In this document: positions 21,606 to 33,466 of the stretch, one piece after another
How the letters are laid out: each line of letters opens with the position of its first letter
Position numbering within the stretch: the first letter of the stretch is position 1
Position numbers and translations under genes: made by a program
Notes under the pieces: generated by a model
The model's database searches: none
Told to the model about the DNA's origin: nothing
What the model saw: the letters and a program-made list of their open reading frames with translations, nothing else
From: an uncultured cyanobacterium
GTDB taxonomy: Bacteria; Cyanobacteriota; Cyanobacteriia; Cyanobacteriales; Nostocaceae
Length of the DNA stretch: 64,000 nt
NCBI GenBank assembly: GCA_963706595.1
Contig: OY970166.1
Location: forward strand, 128,001 to 192,000
Direction: 5' to 3'

Positions 21606-22514
21606 TCAACAGTTGACAATTGACCTGATGTGAGTAGCAACAGCATCTGGCTGTTCTAACATTGCCAAATGACCACAATTAGGAATTTCAATCACATTGT
21701 CGCCAGTATATTGAAAAAGGCGATGAAAACTAGCTAAATGGCGAACATACTTGGGTTCCATCACCTTGTCATCAGTACCAGCCAAAAAATAAACTGGCTG
21801 CTGCAATTGAGACACTAATTGAGGTAAACGATTAATTTCTTCCTCAGTTGTGGAGTCTAGTAATGCTCCTAGTGCAGCTTCCGGGTCAGCCATGACAAAA
21901 TCAATCACTCGTTGACGCGCCCAATGGCGCTCCAAAGGACGAGCTACACTTGCTCTGGTAAATAACAAATCAATCAAAGGCAGATGAGACAGCCAGCGCG
22001 GACGGACTTGCAGAAATTTTTGACCAGCTGAACGAAACTGCTCAAAAGCTTCTTTGAGATAAATACCACCACCTGAGTTGATACATATAACTCCCTTAAC
22101 ACATTCAGGCATTTGAGCAGCTGCCCAAAGTGCGATTGTGCCTCCCAAGGAATGTCCAATCAGCCAAGCACTGGTAATATTCATCTGTTCTAGAAGAGCA
22201 GCTAAATCCTGAGCATAGACAGCTGGTGTATAAATAGAATCAAAAGGCACACTAAACTCATCAATTGAGTGAGAAGTTAAGCTGACATTGGTTGGTTCCT
22301 GACTAAAATCTGCTTCTGGCTGAGATTTCGACTCACCAAAACCGCGCAAATCATAAGACAGGCACTGTAAATCAACTGACAGGCGGGAAATTACAGGTTG
22401 CCAATACCCACGGCTATTTAGCCAACCGTGGATAAACACTAAAGCATGGGTACAGGAAGTAGGAGCCGTTAGCTCGTATGCGTGTGGAACGCCCAATATT
22501 TCAATGATTGCCAT
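21606..22514 (-). CDS. Alpha/beta fold hydrolase
   Basis: FIHGW, DLRGFGES, GHSLGG nucleophile elbow and CGHLAMLE. Confidence 0.9.
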   Translation of the reverse strand: MAIIEILGVPHAYELTAPTSCTHALVFIHGWLNSRGYWQPVISRLSVDLQCLSYDLRGFGESKSQPEADFSQEPTNVSLTSHSIDEFSVPFDSIYTPAVYAQDLAALLEQMNITSAWLIGHSLGGTIALWAAAQMPECVKGVICINSGGGIYLKEAFEQFRSAGQKFLQVRPRWLSHLPLIDLLFTRASVARPLERHWARQRVIDFVMADPEAALGALLDSTTEEEINRLPQLVSQLQQPVYFLAGTDDKVMEPKYVRHLASFHRLFQYTGDNVIEIPNCGHLAMLEQPDAVATHIRSIVNC

Positions 22515-22594
22515 AGTTCATATCGTACCCTGAAGAACGGGTGCGACTAAATACGGAATAGAGCCAGGCCATTAATTAATTTTTGATTGTATAT

Positions 22595-23314
22595 TTACTT
22601 ATCCAACAACCTCAACCTCACCCCTTCCGCAATTTTGTGTCCTAAATATTCAGGAATCAGGCTTTCATTCGGCCCCAACAAGTAGAGAATCAGCCTTGTG
22701 CGTCCCCGCCAAACCAGCAAATTGGCATTGACCACTAATAAGTCTTCCTGCCAAATAGTGTGCATGACTTTGTAAAATAATCCTGGTTGATTGTCGGCTT
22801 CAATTACCAAAGCTGGAAGATGAAATACTGGATCAACATAAAACTCTGTCTGTACTTGCTCTAGTCCAGTATCGAGATTAAATTCTACCGCCAGCATTTC
22901 TTCCACCTCAAAGCGCCCACCCAAAGCCTCACGAATGGCGCGGCAGACATTTTCTGCGGTTTTCTCAGTTAGGGCTTTACTGCCACGAGATACCAGAAGT
23001 TTGATAAAAACTAACATCGGTGGTCGGATCTGACCATATAGACTTAAGCCATGAATAGTTAGCCCATAAGCTGCTAGAACACCAAAAATATCACTGAGTA
23101 GAAAGGACTGATTGCGGTAAGCAAAATGCAGGGCGCTTTTACTACCTTCGGACTTTAACTCAATCACGGCACGCTTGGTCTTATAAAGACGGTAGGCTAG
23201 CCGCAAATTTTGCAGTTGAATCTCACTACTAACAAATTGCTCATAAAACTGGGGAAAGGCTCGGTTAAAGCGCTTTAGAAGTTCCAGTGTCGAAGATTTT
23301 AAACCAGAAGCCAT
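22595..23314 (-). CDS. Hypothetical protein with two ACT-like segments
   Basis: RNQSFLLSDIFGVLAAYGLTIHG and ADNQPGLFYKVMHTIWQEDLLVVNA resemble GlnD-type ACT motifs. Confidence 0.6.
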   Translation of the reverse strand: MASGLKSSTLELLKRFNRAFPQFYEQFVSSEIQLQNLRLAYRLYKTKRAVIELKSEGSKSALHFAYRNQSFLLSDIFGVLAAYGLTIHGLSLYGQIRPPMLVFIKLLVSRGSKALTEKTAENVCRAIREALGGRFEVEEMLAVEFNLDTGLEQVQTEFYVDPVFHLPALVIEADNQPGLFYKVMHTIWQEDLLVVNANLLVWRGRTRLILYLLGPNESLIPEYLGHKIAEGVRLRLLDK

Positions 23315-23384
23315 TGTGGGGTGTAAGATTCGCTTGCTTTCATCACCAGGGAATTGGGGACTAGGAAACCCCAAACCCAAAAAA

Positions 23385-23481
23385 TATAGCAGGGGGCAGG
23401 GAGCAGGGGGCAGGCTTAAAACTCCTTAATTACAAGGGTTTTATGATCTGTTTTTGTCCTAAGCACCTTGGCGGTTGCTAT
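23385..23481. repeat. MITE-like repeat with ATAGC...GCTAT ends and GGGAGCA heptamers
   Basis: tatagcagggggcagggagcagggggcagg...cttggcggttgctat. Confidence 0.45.
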
Positions 23482-23869
23482 CAATCAAATTCTTTGACTG
23501 AGATAATTAATTATGTCTGGTGTGGAGACGCGTAGCGTGCGGCACACAATTTTTTCTTTTCCATATCTTAAAGATAGGGGCTTGCGGCTAATTATTACCC
23601 ACACTGTCATGCCTAATTTTCAATTCCATACAATTCAACTCATCTTGTGGGTTTTTTGGGAAATTTCTACTAGGCTCCACAACAAAATGCTAAACTTGAA
23701 ACTGATTGGTGTGAAACACGCCATAAAAAGCGGTAGCCATTGAAGATCCTGAAAACATTTAAAGTAATTTAAGTGAAAGGGGTATTTCAGGTTTCAGCTT
23801 TGTATAACGTGAATCAACACTCCCAAAAAGTGGAAACCAATTTAGTTATACTACCCGAACCACGTTGGC

Positions 23870-24421
23870 ATGGGTTTTTGGAAAACTTGGTTTAATAGTC
23901 CTGAGTCTGTAGCAACAAGTAAAACAACCTCTTTTGAAGAACGTACAGGGTCTATTTCGGGCGAATCTAGCCCCAATAGCTCTAGCGAAGCTTCTCAGAA
24001 GGAGGCTCGCATCGTTTTTAGTACGGAGCGAGATATTGACCTGTATGAATTAGAGGAACTTTGTGATGCAGTTGGTTGGTCACGTCGTCCTTTAAGAAAA
24101 GTAAAAAAAGCGATTGAGCATAGTTTTCTCGTAGCCTCTATGTGGCAAGTGCGAGGAAACCAAAAACGGCTGATTGGTTTTGCTCGTGCTACCTCAGACC
24201 ATGCATTTAATGCCACTATTTGGGATGTGGTAGTTCACCCGGACTTTCAAGGGAAAGGGCTGGGTAAGGCGCTGATGAAATATGTACTCAAAAAACTCAG
24301 AAGTGAGGAAATTAGCAATGTGACTCTTTTTGCTGACCCTCATGTTTTAGATTTTTATCGGGGTATGGGTTTCATGTCAGACCCAGAAGGCATTAAAGGT
24401 ATGTTTTGGTATCCCCATTAA
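23870..24421 (+). CDS. GNAT acetyltransferase (Ycf52-like)
   Basis: [29 protein letters not shown]. Confidence 0.88.
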   Translation: MGFWKTWFNSPESVATSKTTSFEERTGSISGESSPNSSSEASQKEARIVFSTERDIDLYELEELCDAVGWSRRPLRKVKKAIEHSFLVASMWQVRGNQKRLIGFARATSDHAFNATIWDVVVHPDFQGKGLGKALMKYVLKKLRSEEISNVTLFADPHVLDFYRGMGFMSDPEGIKGMFWYPH

Positions 24422-24756
24422 TTTCAGTACAAATCTAGCAGCTGGCTCCAAAAAATCGGCTATAATCGCGAAAAGCCCAATATATCTGTGCTTTTGGGGC
24501 AAATTAGCTGATTATCTTGTCAAGCCGATTTAGCAGCACAGCCAAAATCTGTGTCGTCAAGCAATTTATTTTGTCTAGAAAAAAAGATCAAATTGGCTAG
24601 ACAAGATATGTTAAACCTGCTATGATGAATTTGTTGCTGTGGTAAATCATCAATTTGGACAAAGTTCCAAAAGTTTTACCTATGAGGCTATGATTTAATT
24701 TTGGTCGCTGTTCGGTAAGTTTAAAACCTCACCATCAGGACTAAGGTTAATATCTC

Positions 24757-24830
24757 CGGGATGTAGCGCAGCTTGGTAGCGCGCCTGCTTTGGGAGCAGG
24801 ATGTCGCAGGTTCAAATCCTGTCATCCCGA
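24757..24830 (+). tRNA. trnP: tRNA-Pro (TGG)
   Basis: Cloverleaf cgggatg...catcccg-a, anticodon arm cctgc-ttTGGga-gcagg, T-loop ggttcaaatcc. No encoded CCA. Confidence 0.97.
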
Positions 24831-25163
24831 TTTAAGTTAATTTATTCCAAATCTGAGCAGATGTTACAGCTTTGTCTGGAACGATTAATTGTGTCATCTC
24901 GTCATCCAGATTATAGATAGGACAATAGGATGGCATTGAGCATCTCAATTTTCCGCTAAACCAAGATTAACAAGCGATCGCCTAACCAGAGAAATTCTCC
25001 AAGGTGGGACAATAGCGCTGTTGGGGAATTCATTGTTAATATTGAAGCGCAAAAATAAATTTTTCACATTTTAAAGGTATTGCTATATAACTAAAGCTAG
25101 TTAGTATGGTGCTAATCTAACCATTTGTCTGACTTAATTTAAATATTGACGCGAGGAGCAATC

Positions 25164-25955
25164 ATGAAAGCACTAGTTCGCTGGGGAGCTACATTAAGCC
25201 TAGTGGGAAGTACTTTACTGGGATCGGTTTTTGTCGGTAATTTCCCAGTGTTGGCTTTGTCAGAACAGCAAATCAAAGAAAAGTTGGATTCTGTCCCTGT
25301 ATATCTAATTACGAATGAAAAAGGTTTACCCCTGAGTCGTCCCTTACCAAATGCTCAAAAACCCGGCGGTTCAGTCACCGGTGTTTATATGAGTCGTCAG
25401 GAAGCTCAAAGTTTTATTAAGGAATTGCAGGGTGTCCCAGGACAAGACCCAAAAATGCAACAAATGGTGAAAAGCCTACAAGTCACAGCAGTGCCTCTAG
25501 GCGTTATTTATCAGCAATTGCAACAAAGTAAAAACCAGTCAGAACGCCTTCTATTTGCCTTTAAACCTGTAGAACGGGAAATCAAGGGAGCAATGGAATT
25601 ACTGAGCAAAGCTGGTCAACAGGTAAATCAGTTTACCAGTGTACCTGTTTTTGCGGTCAGATTTTCACCAGAGCAGGGTTATGTGCCAATTCAATTGACA
25701 TCTGACAAAGAGCAATTGATTCCTTTGTTTTTAAGTAAGCAAGATGCACAAGGCTTGTTAAGTCAAGTGAAGTCTAAGTTTCCCAAAGCGGATATTCAGG
25801 TAATAGATATAGATGGGGTGATTAAAACATTACAGGATAAAAATGATACTTGGCTTAACCAAGTTGTTTTAGTCCCATCCCAAGAATCTAGAGAATATAT
25901 CAAGACTTTACCCAGAGAAAACGCACCCAACACTGCACCAGCAAGACCACGTTAA
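25164..25955 (+). CDS. tic22: Tic22-family periplasmic chaperone
   Basis: Signal peptide, ALSEQQIKEKLDSVPVYLITN, VPVF and IPLFLSKQDA. Confidence 0.88.
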   Translation: MKALVRWGATLSLVGSTLLGSVFVGNFPVLALSEQQIKEKLDSVPVYLITNEKGLPLSRPLPNAQKPGGSVTGVYMSRQEAQSFIKELQGVPGQDPKMQQMVKSLQVTAVPLGVIYQQLQQSKNQSERLLFAFKPVEREIKGAMELLSKAGQQVNQFTSVPVFAVRFSPEQGYVPIQLTSDKEQLIPLFLSKQDAQGLLSQVKSKFPKADIQVIDIDGVIKTLQDKNDTWLNQVVLVPSQESREYIKTLPRENAPNTAPARPR

Positions 25956-25958
25956 GCA

Positions 25959-26873
25959 ATGGCAGAAAAACAGCTACAGGTAGTTTCCGGTTTACAGCTT
26001 TGGCGGTGGCGTAATAGTGCGATCGCATCGGCGATCGCCTATAACATTTCACCTGCTGAGGTAGATTGGTTACTTCTGGAAGTAGCTGGGTTAGACCGTT
26101 TGTCACTGCGTTTAGAATCTTTTAAACAAAGTCCTCAAATTCAGATGGTCTTAGCTTTAGAAGATTTAGAGCAATTGTGGCAAAGGCGATTAAACGAACG
26201 CTTACCAGTACAGTACATTACGGGACTTACGCCTTGGAGACAGTTTAAAATCGCGGTATCAAATGCGGTGTTGATTCCCAGACCAGAAACTGAGTATTTG
26301 ATTGATTTAGCTGTGGCTGCTGCTACTAATAGTGGCGCAGCCCCATTCCTCAATTCAGGAGATTGGGCTGACTTGGGTACTGGTAGCGGTGCGATCGCCT
26401 TGGGTTTAGCAGATGCTTTCCCAAAAGCGACAATTCACGCTGTTGATTACAGCCCCGAAGCTTTAAAAATTGCCCGTGAGAATGCGCGTAATTTAGGTTT
26501 TGACAACCAAATCAAATTTTACCAAGGTTCATGGTGGGAACCGCTATTAGCCCGCAAAGGTAAGTTTATTGGTATGGTGTCTAACCCACCTTATATTCCC
26601 ACCAGTACCGTGACTAGCCTGCAACCAGAAGTAGTCAACCATGAACCACATTTAGCGCTGGATGGGGGTATTGATGGCTTGGATTGTATTCGCCAGTTAA
26701 TAGAAATTTCTCCTTGCTATTTGCGCCCTGGTAGTGTGTGGCTAATTGAAATGATGGCGGGACAAGCCGATACCGTGCAAACACTCTTACAAAAACAAGG
26801 TAGCTACTGTAATATTCAAATTCATGCCGATTTAGCTGGAATTGAACGCTTTGCCTTAGCTTATATAAAATGA
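25959..26873 (+). CDS. prmC: Release factor glutamine methyltransferase
   Basis: VLIPRPETE, DLGTGSGAIA and SNPPY. Confidence 0.95.
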   Translation: MAEKQLQVVSGLQLWRWRNSAIASAIAYNISPAEVDWLLLEVAGLDRLSLRLESFKQSPQIQMVLALEDLEQLWQRRLNERLPVQYITGLTPWRQFKIAVSNAVLIPRPETEYLIDLAVAAATNSGAAPFLNSGDWADLGTGSGAIALGLADAFPKATIHAVDYSPEALKIARENARNLGFDNQIKFYQGSWWEPLLARKGKFIGMVSNPPYIPTSTVTSLQPEVVNHEPHLALDGGIDGLDCIRQLIEISPCYLRPGSVWLIEMMAGQADTVQTLLQKQGSYCNIQIHADLAGIERFALAYIK

Positions 26874-27454
26874 CTCTAGTTTCTTTAGTTGATTTGATCG
26901 CCGGCGCACGGGCTGGTTTATTAGTGAGTTTCCCTACCGATACCGTCCCCGCACTCGCAGCTTTACCAGAAAAAGCCGCATTAATTTTTGAGGCTAAACA
27001 GCGTAGTCAAGATAAACCGCTAATTTTGATGGGGGCGAGTGCAGAGGATTTATGGCCTTATGTTCAAGGTAGTGAAAATGAGTTGCAAATTTGGCAAGAA
27101 GTAGCACATAGACATTGGCCGGGAGCGTTGACATTGGTCTTACCAGCCAGCCAGAGAGTTCCAAAACAGATGAATCCCACTGATCCTAGTACAATTGGAA
27201 TTCGAGTTCCTCAGAGTGCGATCGCTCAAAATATTTTGGCACAAACCGGCCCTCTTGCCACCACTAGCGCCAATTTTTCAGGTCAAAAACCCTTACAAAA
27301 TTTAGCCGAAATTTCAAATCAGTTTCCTGGAGTTTTGACTCTGGAACCGACAGCATTTAACGGTGAAACTTCGGGAATTGGTGTACCTTCCACTGTGGTC
27401 AAATGGAACGGAAATTGGGAAATCTTACGCCAAGGTAGTTCAGCATTTTTCTGA
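26870..27454 (+). CDS. tsaC: L-threonylcarbamoyladenylate synthase (TsaC/YrdC)
   Basis: FPTDTV, KQRSQDKPL, WPGALTLV and TTSAN. Confidence 0.9.
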   Translation: MTLVSLVDLIAGARAGLLVSFPTDTVPALAALPEKAALIFEAKQRSQDKPLILMGASAEDLWPYVQGSENELQIWQEVAHRHWPGALTLVLPASQRVPKQMNPTDPSTIGIRVPQSAIAQNILAQTGPLATTSANFSGQKPLQNLAEISNQFPGVLTLEPTAFNGETSGIGVPSTVVKWNGNWEILRQGSSAFF

Positions 27455-27567
27455 TTGTATTGTTTTCCTGTTGGAGATTTTCGTCATCAGTGAAACTAAT
27501 TATGAGGAAATCCGTAAATTTACCTTGCGCCATTGTGGTCAATTAATCAGTTAATTATTGCCAAATT

Positions 27568-28488
27568 ATGAATTGGAGCAACTTCATATATTTAGGAGTA
27601 GGACTAATACTAGGGTTGGGTGTTCGGGGAGTATTTACTCGCTCATTAAACAATTCCTCTAGCTTATCTCCAGTCAAAGCGGCAGATCAACCACAACTGT
27701 CAGAACTCCAGCAACAAATCAAGCAAACGCAGCTAGCGTACCAAATGGCGCAAGAAATGAGCCTGTTTAAGGCAGGATTTTTGGCGCGAACTACTCACGA
27801 ATTGCGATCGCCTCTGAATGGTTTAATCGGCTTACATCAGTTAATTCTGGAAGATTTGTGTGAAAATCCCGAAGAAGAGCGAGAATTTATTACTCAAGCT
27901 CACGAGAGAGCGCTGAAACTCCTACACCTCATTGATGAAATTCTCAATATCGCCAGAACAGAACACGGTACTCATAAATTAGATATTCAACCCCACTGTC
28001 TGACCACAGTTTTACAGGAAGTTAATAATTTAACTTATATGCTGGCAGCAAATCGCAATTTTCCTTTGCGTGTTGTGCTTCCCGATCCAGAAATCTATGT
28101 TTTGGCAGATTACCGATGGCTCCGCCAAATATTGGTAAATTTAGTAGACACTACCATTGCTCAAATGCAGTTCGGTAGTATCTGTCTTTCCAGTAATTTC
28201 TCACCGACAAATAATACTCTTTACATTTGGCTGGATGTGCCTACCCATGCTTTAACTGCAAGTGAGTCGATTGATCTGATCAAATCAGAATTTTCGAGTT
28301 CTCAGTTATATGAAGATCACACGGCTTTTTCGCCAGGAATGAATCTATTACTGAACCAAACTTTACTAGAAGTGATGGGAGGAAAGGTGGAAATTGTGCC
28401 ATATCCAATCACTGAGCAAACAACTGAGGAGTTGACTCGATTACAAGTTTCTATCCCCCCAGTAATTCCTGAAGTTGGACTTCAGTAA
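27568..28488 (+). CDS. hepN: Membrane-anchored histidine kinase-like protein, probable HepN orthologue
   Basis: N-terminal TM and H-box THELRSPLNG. Its position after tic22-prmC-tsaC matches my recollection of PCC 7120 alr0117; the symbol rests on synteny only. Confidence 0.6.
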   Translation: MNWSNFIYLGVGLILGLGVRGVFTRSLNNSSSLSPVKAADQPQLSELQQQIKQTQLAYQMAQEMSLFKAGFLARTTHELRSPLNGLIGLHQLILEDLCENPEEEREFITQAHERALKLLHLIDEILNIARTEHGTHKLDIQPHCLTTVLQEVNNLTYMLAANRNFPLRVVLPDPEIYVLADYRWLRQILVNLVDTTIAQMQFGSICLSSNFSPTNNTLYIWLDVPTHALTASESIDLIKSEFSSSQLYEDHTAFSPGMNLLLNQTLLEVMGGKVEIVPYPITEQTTEELTRLQVSIPPVIPEVGLQ

Positions 28489-28924
28489 CAGTCAGGTTTT
28501 CTATGTGAGATTGATTATTTAGCACCATTGTCGTGCTGACATTGGACTGGAAACCAATTTTTTCATAAAACTCCTGCTGATGAGTAGTCATGAGATATAC
28601 CCGCTCAACTCCTCTGACGCGGGGATGACTTAACACGGTTTCGACTAATTTTCGCCCCAAACCTGTACCGCGATATTCTGGGTGAATCACCACATCCCAG
28701 ATTGTAGCCCGATAGATGCCATCAGAAGTTGCTCTGGCAAAACCAATTAGTTGCTCTCCATCGCAAATGCTAATCACTGGGTCGCTATTAGCGATCGCTA
28801 TGCCTAAATCATCTATGCTACGCCCTTTTGCCCAAAAAGCTGCCAGTTCAAATAGTTCTTGGAGTTTGTCAAGGTCTATTTCAGACTGGCGATGTTCGCT
28901 AAATTGAATTTGAGGATAGTTCAT
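28451..28924 (-). CDS. GNAT acetyltransferase
   Basis: [30 protein letters not shown]. Confidence 0.88.
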   Translation of the reverse strand: MNYPQIQFSEHRQSEIDLDKLQELFELAAFWAKGRSIDDLGIAIANSDPVISICDGEQLIGFARATSDGIYRATIWDVVIHPEYRGTGLGRKLVETVLSHPRVRGVERVYLMTTHQQEFYEKIGFQSNVSTTMVLNNQSHIENLTVTEVQLQELLGG

Positions 28925-29027
28925 CTTGTACACCCCAACGTGGCAGGATCATTTTTGTCATATTGTGCTGGCAATTGTTGAATACGTCTATCTATCTGCC
29001 ACTATATTCAAGTGTAATTGTCATGTT

Positions 29028-29441
29028 TTAATGACAAATCCACTTCCACAGAGGATGAGTTTGGCCTTGCTGTCTGATTCTAAAAACTTGTTTTTCTAGA
29101 CGTTCTTGTTCCCGTTGCGGTAATCCCAGCAGAATATTTCGGCTTTGCCAAACTAATGTAGAAACAGTAGTAGCGATACAAACAGCTAAACCGAGGGTAG
29201 ACAGTGGATGATAGAACAGACCATATCTTACTGCCACCCAGGTAAAATATTGTTGTAATAGAGCAATTTCGCTCCGTAAATTCCACAAAGAGAAAGGTGC
29301 AATAGTGAGCCATAAACAGCCAACAAAAAACCACCTACCGTATACAGTTAGCTCATGTAGCTTTTGTACTTGTTGGGTAAAATTTGGATCAATGCTATTG
29401 GCTTTTTTGCCATTTACTGATGGTTCTTCTGGTTGATTCAT
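29028..29441 (-). CDS. Hypothetical membrane protein
   Basis: Two TM segments, co-oriented downstream of secF. Confidence 0.7.
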   Translation of the reverse strand: MNQPEEPSVNGKKANSIDPNFTQQVQKLHELTVYGRWFFVGCLWLTIAPFSLWNLRSEIALLQQYFTWVAVRYGLFYHPLSTLGLAVCIATTVSTLVWQSRNILLGLPQREQERLEKQVFRIRQQGQTHPLWKWICH

Positions 29442-29551
29442 AACCAATTCCGAATCAATGAAACCCTTGGGGTATGGGCATGAAAAATTACGCACAGGTT
29501 TGGTTTATATAAACCAGATTTCCCATCGCCTAATATGTGTTTAACCTGATT

Positions 29552-30529
29552 TTAACTATCTTGAGAACTAGCCGATGTATCAACTGCCTCAGCACTGACT
29601 AACACCGGAGATTTTTCTGTGCGTTCTCGCCACCAAGCTAGGAGAGTACTAGCGATAAAAAGACTGGAATAAGCCCCCGCAGTAAAGCCAATAATTAGAG
29701 CTAAAGCAAAGTTTTTGAGAGTTTCGCCACCAAGGAAATAGATAGCAAATAATGGCAGCATCGTGGTCAAGCTGGTGTTGATCGACCTTCCTAATGTTTG
29801 GTTGACAGCATCATCCACAATCTCAGCAATCGGGCGTTCAGGATTGATTTTAATAGTTTCGCGGATGCGGTCATAAATCACCACTGTATCGTTGACCGAG
29901 AAACCGATAATTGTCAGCAGGGCGACAATGAACAGACTATCCACTTCTGTGCCTAGCACTAACCCGAAAATGGAAAAAACGCCTAAAGCTACCAAGACAT
30001 CATGCAACAGCGCCACAATGGCAAATAAGGCATAATCTAACTGGAAGCGGAAGGTCAAGTAAATAATAATCCCTGCAAAGGAAACAAGCAGGGCGATTAT
30101 ACCAGACCTAAATAATTCGGCTCCCAGGGTAGGACCAACAGTGTCAATTTGGTTTTTATCCGGGTCAAAAGTGCCGATTTCTTCGGTTAAAGCAGCTTGT
30201 AAATTGGTGCGCTGATTAACATCTAAGTCTTTGCTGCGAATTGAGATCCCATTCTCACCAACTATTTGGATGCTGCTATCCCCTAAACCCTGCGCCTGGG
30301 CTACTTCCCGAACTGCGTTGATGTTTATTGGTTGATCGCAGTTACCTGGTTGTGTACAATCACGTTCAAACTGTAAGCGCGTACCACCAATGAAATCTAA
30401 ACCGGGGCGTAGAGGTGCGCGAATTTGGGGATTTTGCCAGGAAATGACCATTGAGATCATACTAATGAGAATAATGGCACTAGAAATAGTCCACCATAGC
30501 GATCGCGATTTGTTAATACTCAGTTTCAT
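29552..30529 (-). CDS. secF: Protein translocase subunit SecF
   Basis: [16 protein letters not shown] and [16 protein letters not shown]. Confidence 0.96.
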   Translation of the reverse strand: MKLSINKSRSLWWTISSAIILISMISMVISWQNPQIRAPLRPGLDFIGGTRLQFERDCTQPGNCDQPININAVREVAQAQGLGDSSIQIVGENGISIRSKDLDVNQRTNLQAALTEEIGTFDPDKNQIDTVGPTLGAELFRSGIIALLVSFAGIIIYLTFRFQLDYALFAIVALLHDVLVALGVFSIFGLVLGTEVDSLFIVALLTIIGFSVNDTVVIYDRIRETIKINPERPIAEIVDDAVNQTLGRSINTSLTTMLPLFAIYFLGGETLKNFALALIIGFTAGAYSSLFIASTLLAWWRERTEKSPVLVSAEAVDTSASSQDS

Positions 30530-31944
30530 TTGGCTACCTCTGCCTTATTTAATGCTGGCAGGTTTGGACAGAAAAGTTCTCGCTTATTTTTGAAAGCCTG
30601 ATTGGTAACTACTAAAAACATGAGTGTGCGGCTACAAGTAATTGCCGTAAACATACTGACTGCGACACCCAAAGCCAAGGTGAGCGCAAAGCCTCGGACT
30701 AATCCAGAACCAAACCAAAACAGCGCCGCACAAGCAATCCATGTAGTCACGTTGCTATCTAAAATACTGGAAAATGCCCGGTAAAAACCAGATTCTACGG
30801 CACGATACAGAGATTTACCTGCTCTTAATTCTTCCCGTGTGCGCTCAAAGATTAGCACATTGGCATCAACTGCCATACCAATACTGAGGATAAAACCAGC
30901 GATTCCGGGTAAGGTCAGTGTCACGCCTAATAGGGCAAAACTCGCCCATGTCAGGACAGAGTAAAAGACTAAGGAGAAATCCGCAATCAATCCTGGTACG
31001 CGATAGTACACCACCATAAATATTAATACTAAGATGAGACCGCCGATACCAGCATAAATGCTGCTTTGAATACTGTCTCTACCCAAGGAAGCACCTACTG
31101 TCCGTCTTTCGGCGATTTCCACTGGTAAAGGTAACGCACCGCCACGTAACTGCACACCCAAGTCGTTGGCTGCTTGCGGGGTAAAATTACCTGTAATCAC
31201 GGCAGCACCACCAGTAATACCTGTGGCGGCAAATTCTATGCCCACTACAGGGGCGCTGATCAGTTCATTGTCCAAAAACACCCCAATGCTACGTCCCGTA
31301 CCTGCGAGGTTTTTGGTGAGAGTGGCAAACAGTTCACCACCTTTTTGATCAAAGCGAATAGCAACATTCCAGTTACTACTATTTTGAGTGGGTTCACCGT
31401 AGGCATCTTGGAGGTATTTACCATCAAGTGGTGGATCTGTACTTTCAAACAATTCGGCGATCGCTTGATTATTTTGTTGTAATTCTTCTTGATTCTTAAC
31501 AATTAATGCTTCGTCGTCGGTGGTGCGTAACTCTTCTTGCTTTGCTCTGAGATCATTTCGTGACGCTTGAAAAGCAAAAAGTTGAGTTTCTGTCCCCGGC
31601 TTTTGTTGTCGAAATTCTAACTGTGCAGTGCCACCTAGCACACGTTCTGCTTGCTCTGGGTCATTCACCCCTGGCAATTGTACCAGGATTTTATCTTTAC
31701 CCACAGTTTGAATTACTGGCTCAGAAACTCCCAGACCATTAACTCGACCTTCCAAAACTTTCTGAACGCCTTCCAAATCTCGTTCAGTAATTTCTCTCAT
31801 TCCCGGTGCTGGTTTCACCTGAATAGTTAACTGTGATCCGCCCCGTAAGTCTAACCCCAAGGGGACTGGAATTGTTGCTATCACCGCAATAGCGGCGATA
31901 AGCAGCACAAAAATTAAAGCTAATAGCGATCGCTGTCTTTGCAT
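30526..31944 (-). CDS. secD: Protein translocase subunit SecD
   Basis: [15 protein letters not shown] and [14 protein letters not shown]. Confidence 0.96.
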   Translation of the reverse strand: MQRQRSLLALIFVLLIAAIAVIATIPVPLGLDLRGGSQLTIQVKPAPGMREITERDLEGVQKVLEGRVNGLGVSEPVIQTVGKDKILVQLPGVNDPEQAERVLGGTAQLEFRQQKPGTETQLFAFQASRNDLRAKQEELRTTDDEALIVKNQEELQQNNQAIAELFESTDPPLDGKYLQDAYGEPTQNSSNWNVAIRFDQKGGELFATLTKNLAGTGRSIGVFLDNELISAPVVGIEFAATGITGGAAVITGNFTPQAANDLGVQLRGGALPLPVEIAERRTVGASLGRDSIQSSIYAGIGGLILVLIFMVVYYRVPGLIADFSLVFYSVLTWASFALLGVTLTLPGIAGFILSIGMAVDANVLIFERTREELRAGKSLYRAVESGFYRAFSSILDSNVTTWIACAALFWFGSGLVRGFALTLALGVAVSMFTAITCSRTLMFLVVTNQAFKNKRELFCPNLPALNKAEVAK

Positions 31945-32086
31945 ACCATAACTCGCAACTGACAAAGGCTATAATAGCGTTCTTTTAACGAGTTATGAAT
32001 GACTCAATGAGGCTGTAGGGAAGAAGCAGGGGAGCAGGGGGAGTTGGAAATTGCTTTACACGGAAGGTTTTAACAACCTTTCCTCT

Positions 32087-32154
<68 letters not shown>

Positions 32155-32161
32155 CCAATTC

Positions 32162-33145
32162 TTAAACTCGCATCGCCACCATTTTCTCCACAGCTTCCAC
32201 AATTTGTTCTGGTTGAATAATTGTTAACCGTTCCAAATTACCGTTGTAAGGTGTGGGGATATCTTGAGAAGAAAGCCGCAGCACTGGCGCATCCAATTCA
32301 TCAAACAAGCGGTCATTGATAGAGGCGGTTAATTCTGCACCAATACCGCCAGTTCTCATACACTCTTCCACAATAATAACTCGATGGGTTTTGCGTATGG
32401 ATGCACCAATGGTATCAAAATCTAAAGGTTTGAGTGATATTAAATCAATAACTTCTGGATCAAAACCTTGTTTTTCTAAAGTTTTCACGGCTTGCAATAC
32501 ATGATGGCGCATCCGTGAGTAAGTAAGAATTGTGACATCTTTGCCCTGACGCACAACTTCTGCTTTATCCAAAGGTAGGAAATATTCTTCTTCTGGTAAA
32601 TCTTCTTTTAAGTTGTAAAGCAGAACGTGTTCAAAAAACAATACTGGATTATTGTCACGAATCGCCGATTTTAGTAAACCTTTAGCGTTGTAAGGTGTAG
32701 AACAGGCAACAATTTTTAATCCAGGAACCGCTTGAAAGTAAGCTTCTAAGCGTTGAGAATGTTCTGCACCTAATTGTCTACCCACACCGCCCGGACCACG
32801 AATCACCATCGGGATTTTAAAGTTACCGCCGGAAGTATAACGTAGCATTCCCGCGTTGTTGGAGATTTGGTTAAAGGCCAAGAGCAAAAAGCCCATATTC
32901 ATGCCTTCAATTATCGGACGTAACCCAGTCATAGCTGCGCCCACAGCCATTCCAGTAAAACTGTTTTCAGCAATGGGAGTATCAAGGATGCGGAGTTCGC
33001 CATACTTTTTGTATAAGTCCTTAGTAACTTTGTAGGAACCGCCATAGTGTCCTACATCTTCACCCATAACAAATACAGTTGCATCACGCGCCATTTCTTC
33101 ATCAATGGCTTCCCGCAGAGCGTTAAAAAATAGTGTTTCTGCCAT
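32162..33145 (-). CDS. pdhB: Pyruvate dehydrogenase E1 beta subunit
   Basis: [15 protein letters not shown] and GAEHSQ. Confidence 0.96.
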   Translation of the reverse strand: MAETLFFNALREAIDEEMARDATVFVMGEDVGHYGGSYKVTKDLYKKYGELRILDTPIAENSFTGMAVGAAMTGLRPIIEGMNMGFLLLAFNQISNNAGMLRYTSGGNFKIPMVIRGPGGVGRQLGAEHSQRLEAYFQAVPGLKIVACSTPYNAKGLLKSAIRDNNPVLFFEHVLLYNLKEDLPEEEYFLPLDKAEVVRQGKDVTILTYSRMRHHVLQAVKTLEKQGFDPEVIDLISLKPLDFDTIGASIRKTHRVIIVEECMRTGGIGAELTASINDRLFDELDAPVLRLSSQDIPTPYNGNLERLTIIQPEQIVEAVEKMVAMRV

Positions 33146-33373
33146 TTAGACCTTATAGTAAAACTATTGTTTTAGAATCTTATCGTGCTACCGTAGCAAA
33201 TATCGTGAGCGATCGCACTAGATCAGAGATTGATTTTTGCCAGACATTCCTCTAGGCAAGGATACGCGAATTTTAAACAGATTATCGCTGTTTTTTGACT
33301 TTTTTCCCAGTCAAAAACAACCTAAATATTTCTAACTCCAGGTCGATGGCTATTACAGGTATTTTCAGGTAAA

Positions 33374-33458
33374 GGAACACCACGAAATTAATTACCCCAT
33401 TTCATCAGACCATATTTGTTCTTTATCCCCCCTGCTCCCTGCTCCCTGCTCCCCTGCC
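33374..33458. repeat. Partial copy of the MITE at 60327-60455 (inverted orientation)
   Basis: aattaccccatttcatcagaccatatttgttctttatcccccctgctccctgc... is nearly the exact reverse complement of 60367-60435. Confidence 0.8.
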
Positions 33459-33466
33459 TCTTTTGC

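Noticed and set aside
24757..24830. tRNA-Pro as an integration site for an island
   Set aside because: No integrase and no duplicated tRNA 3' end were seen, and the flanks are core genes.
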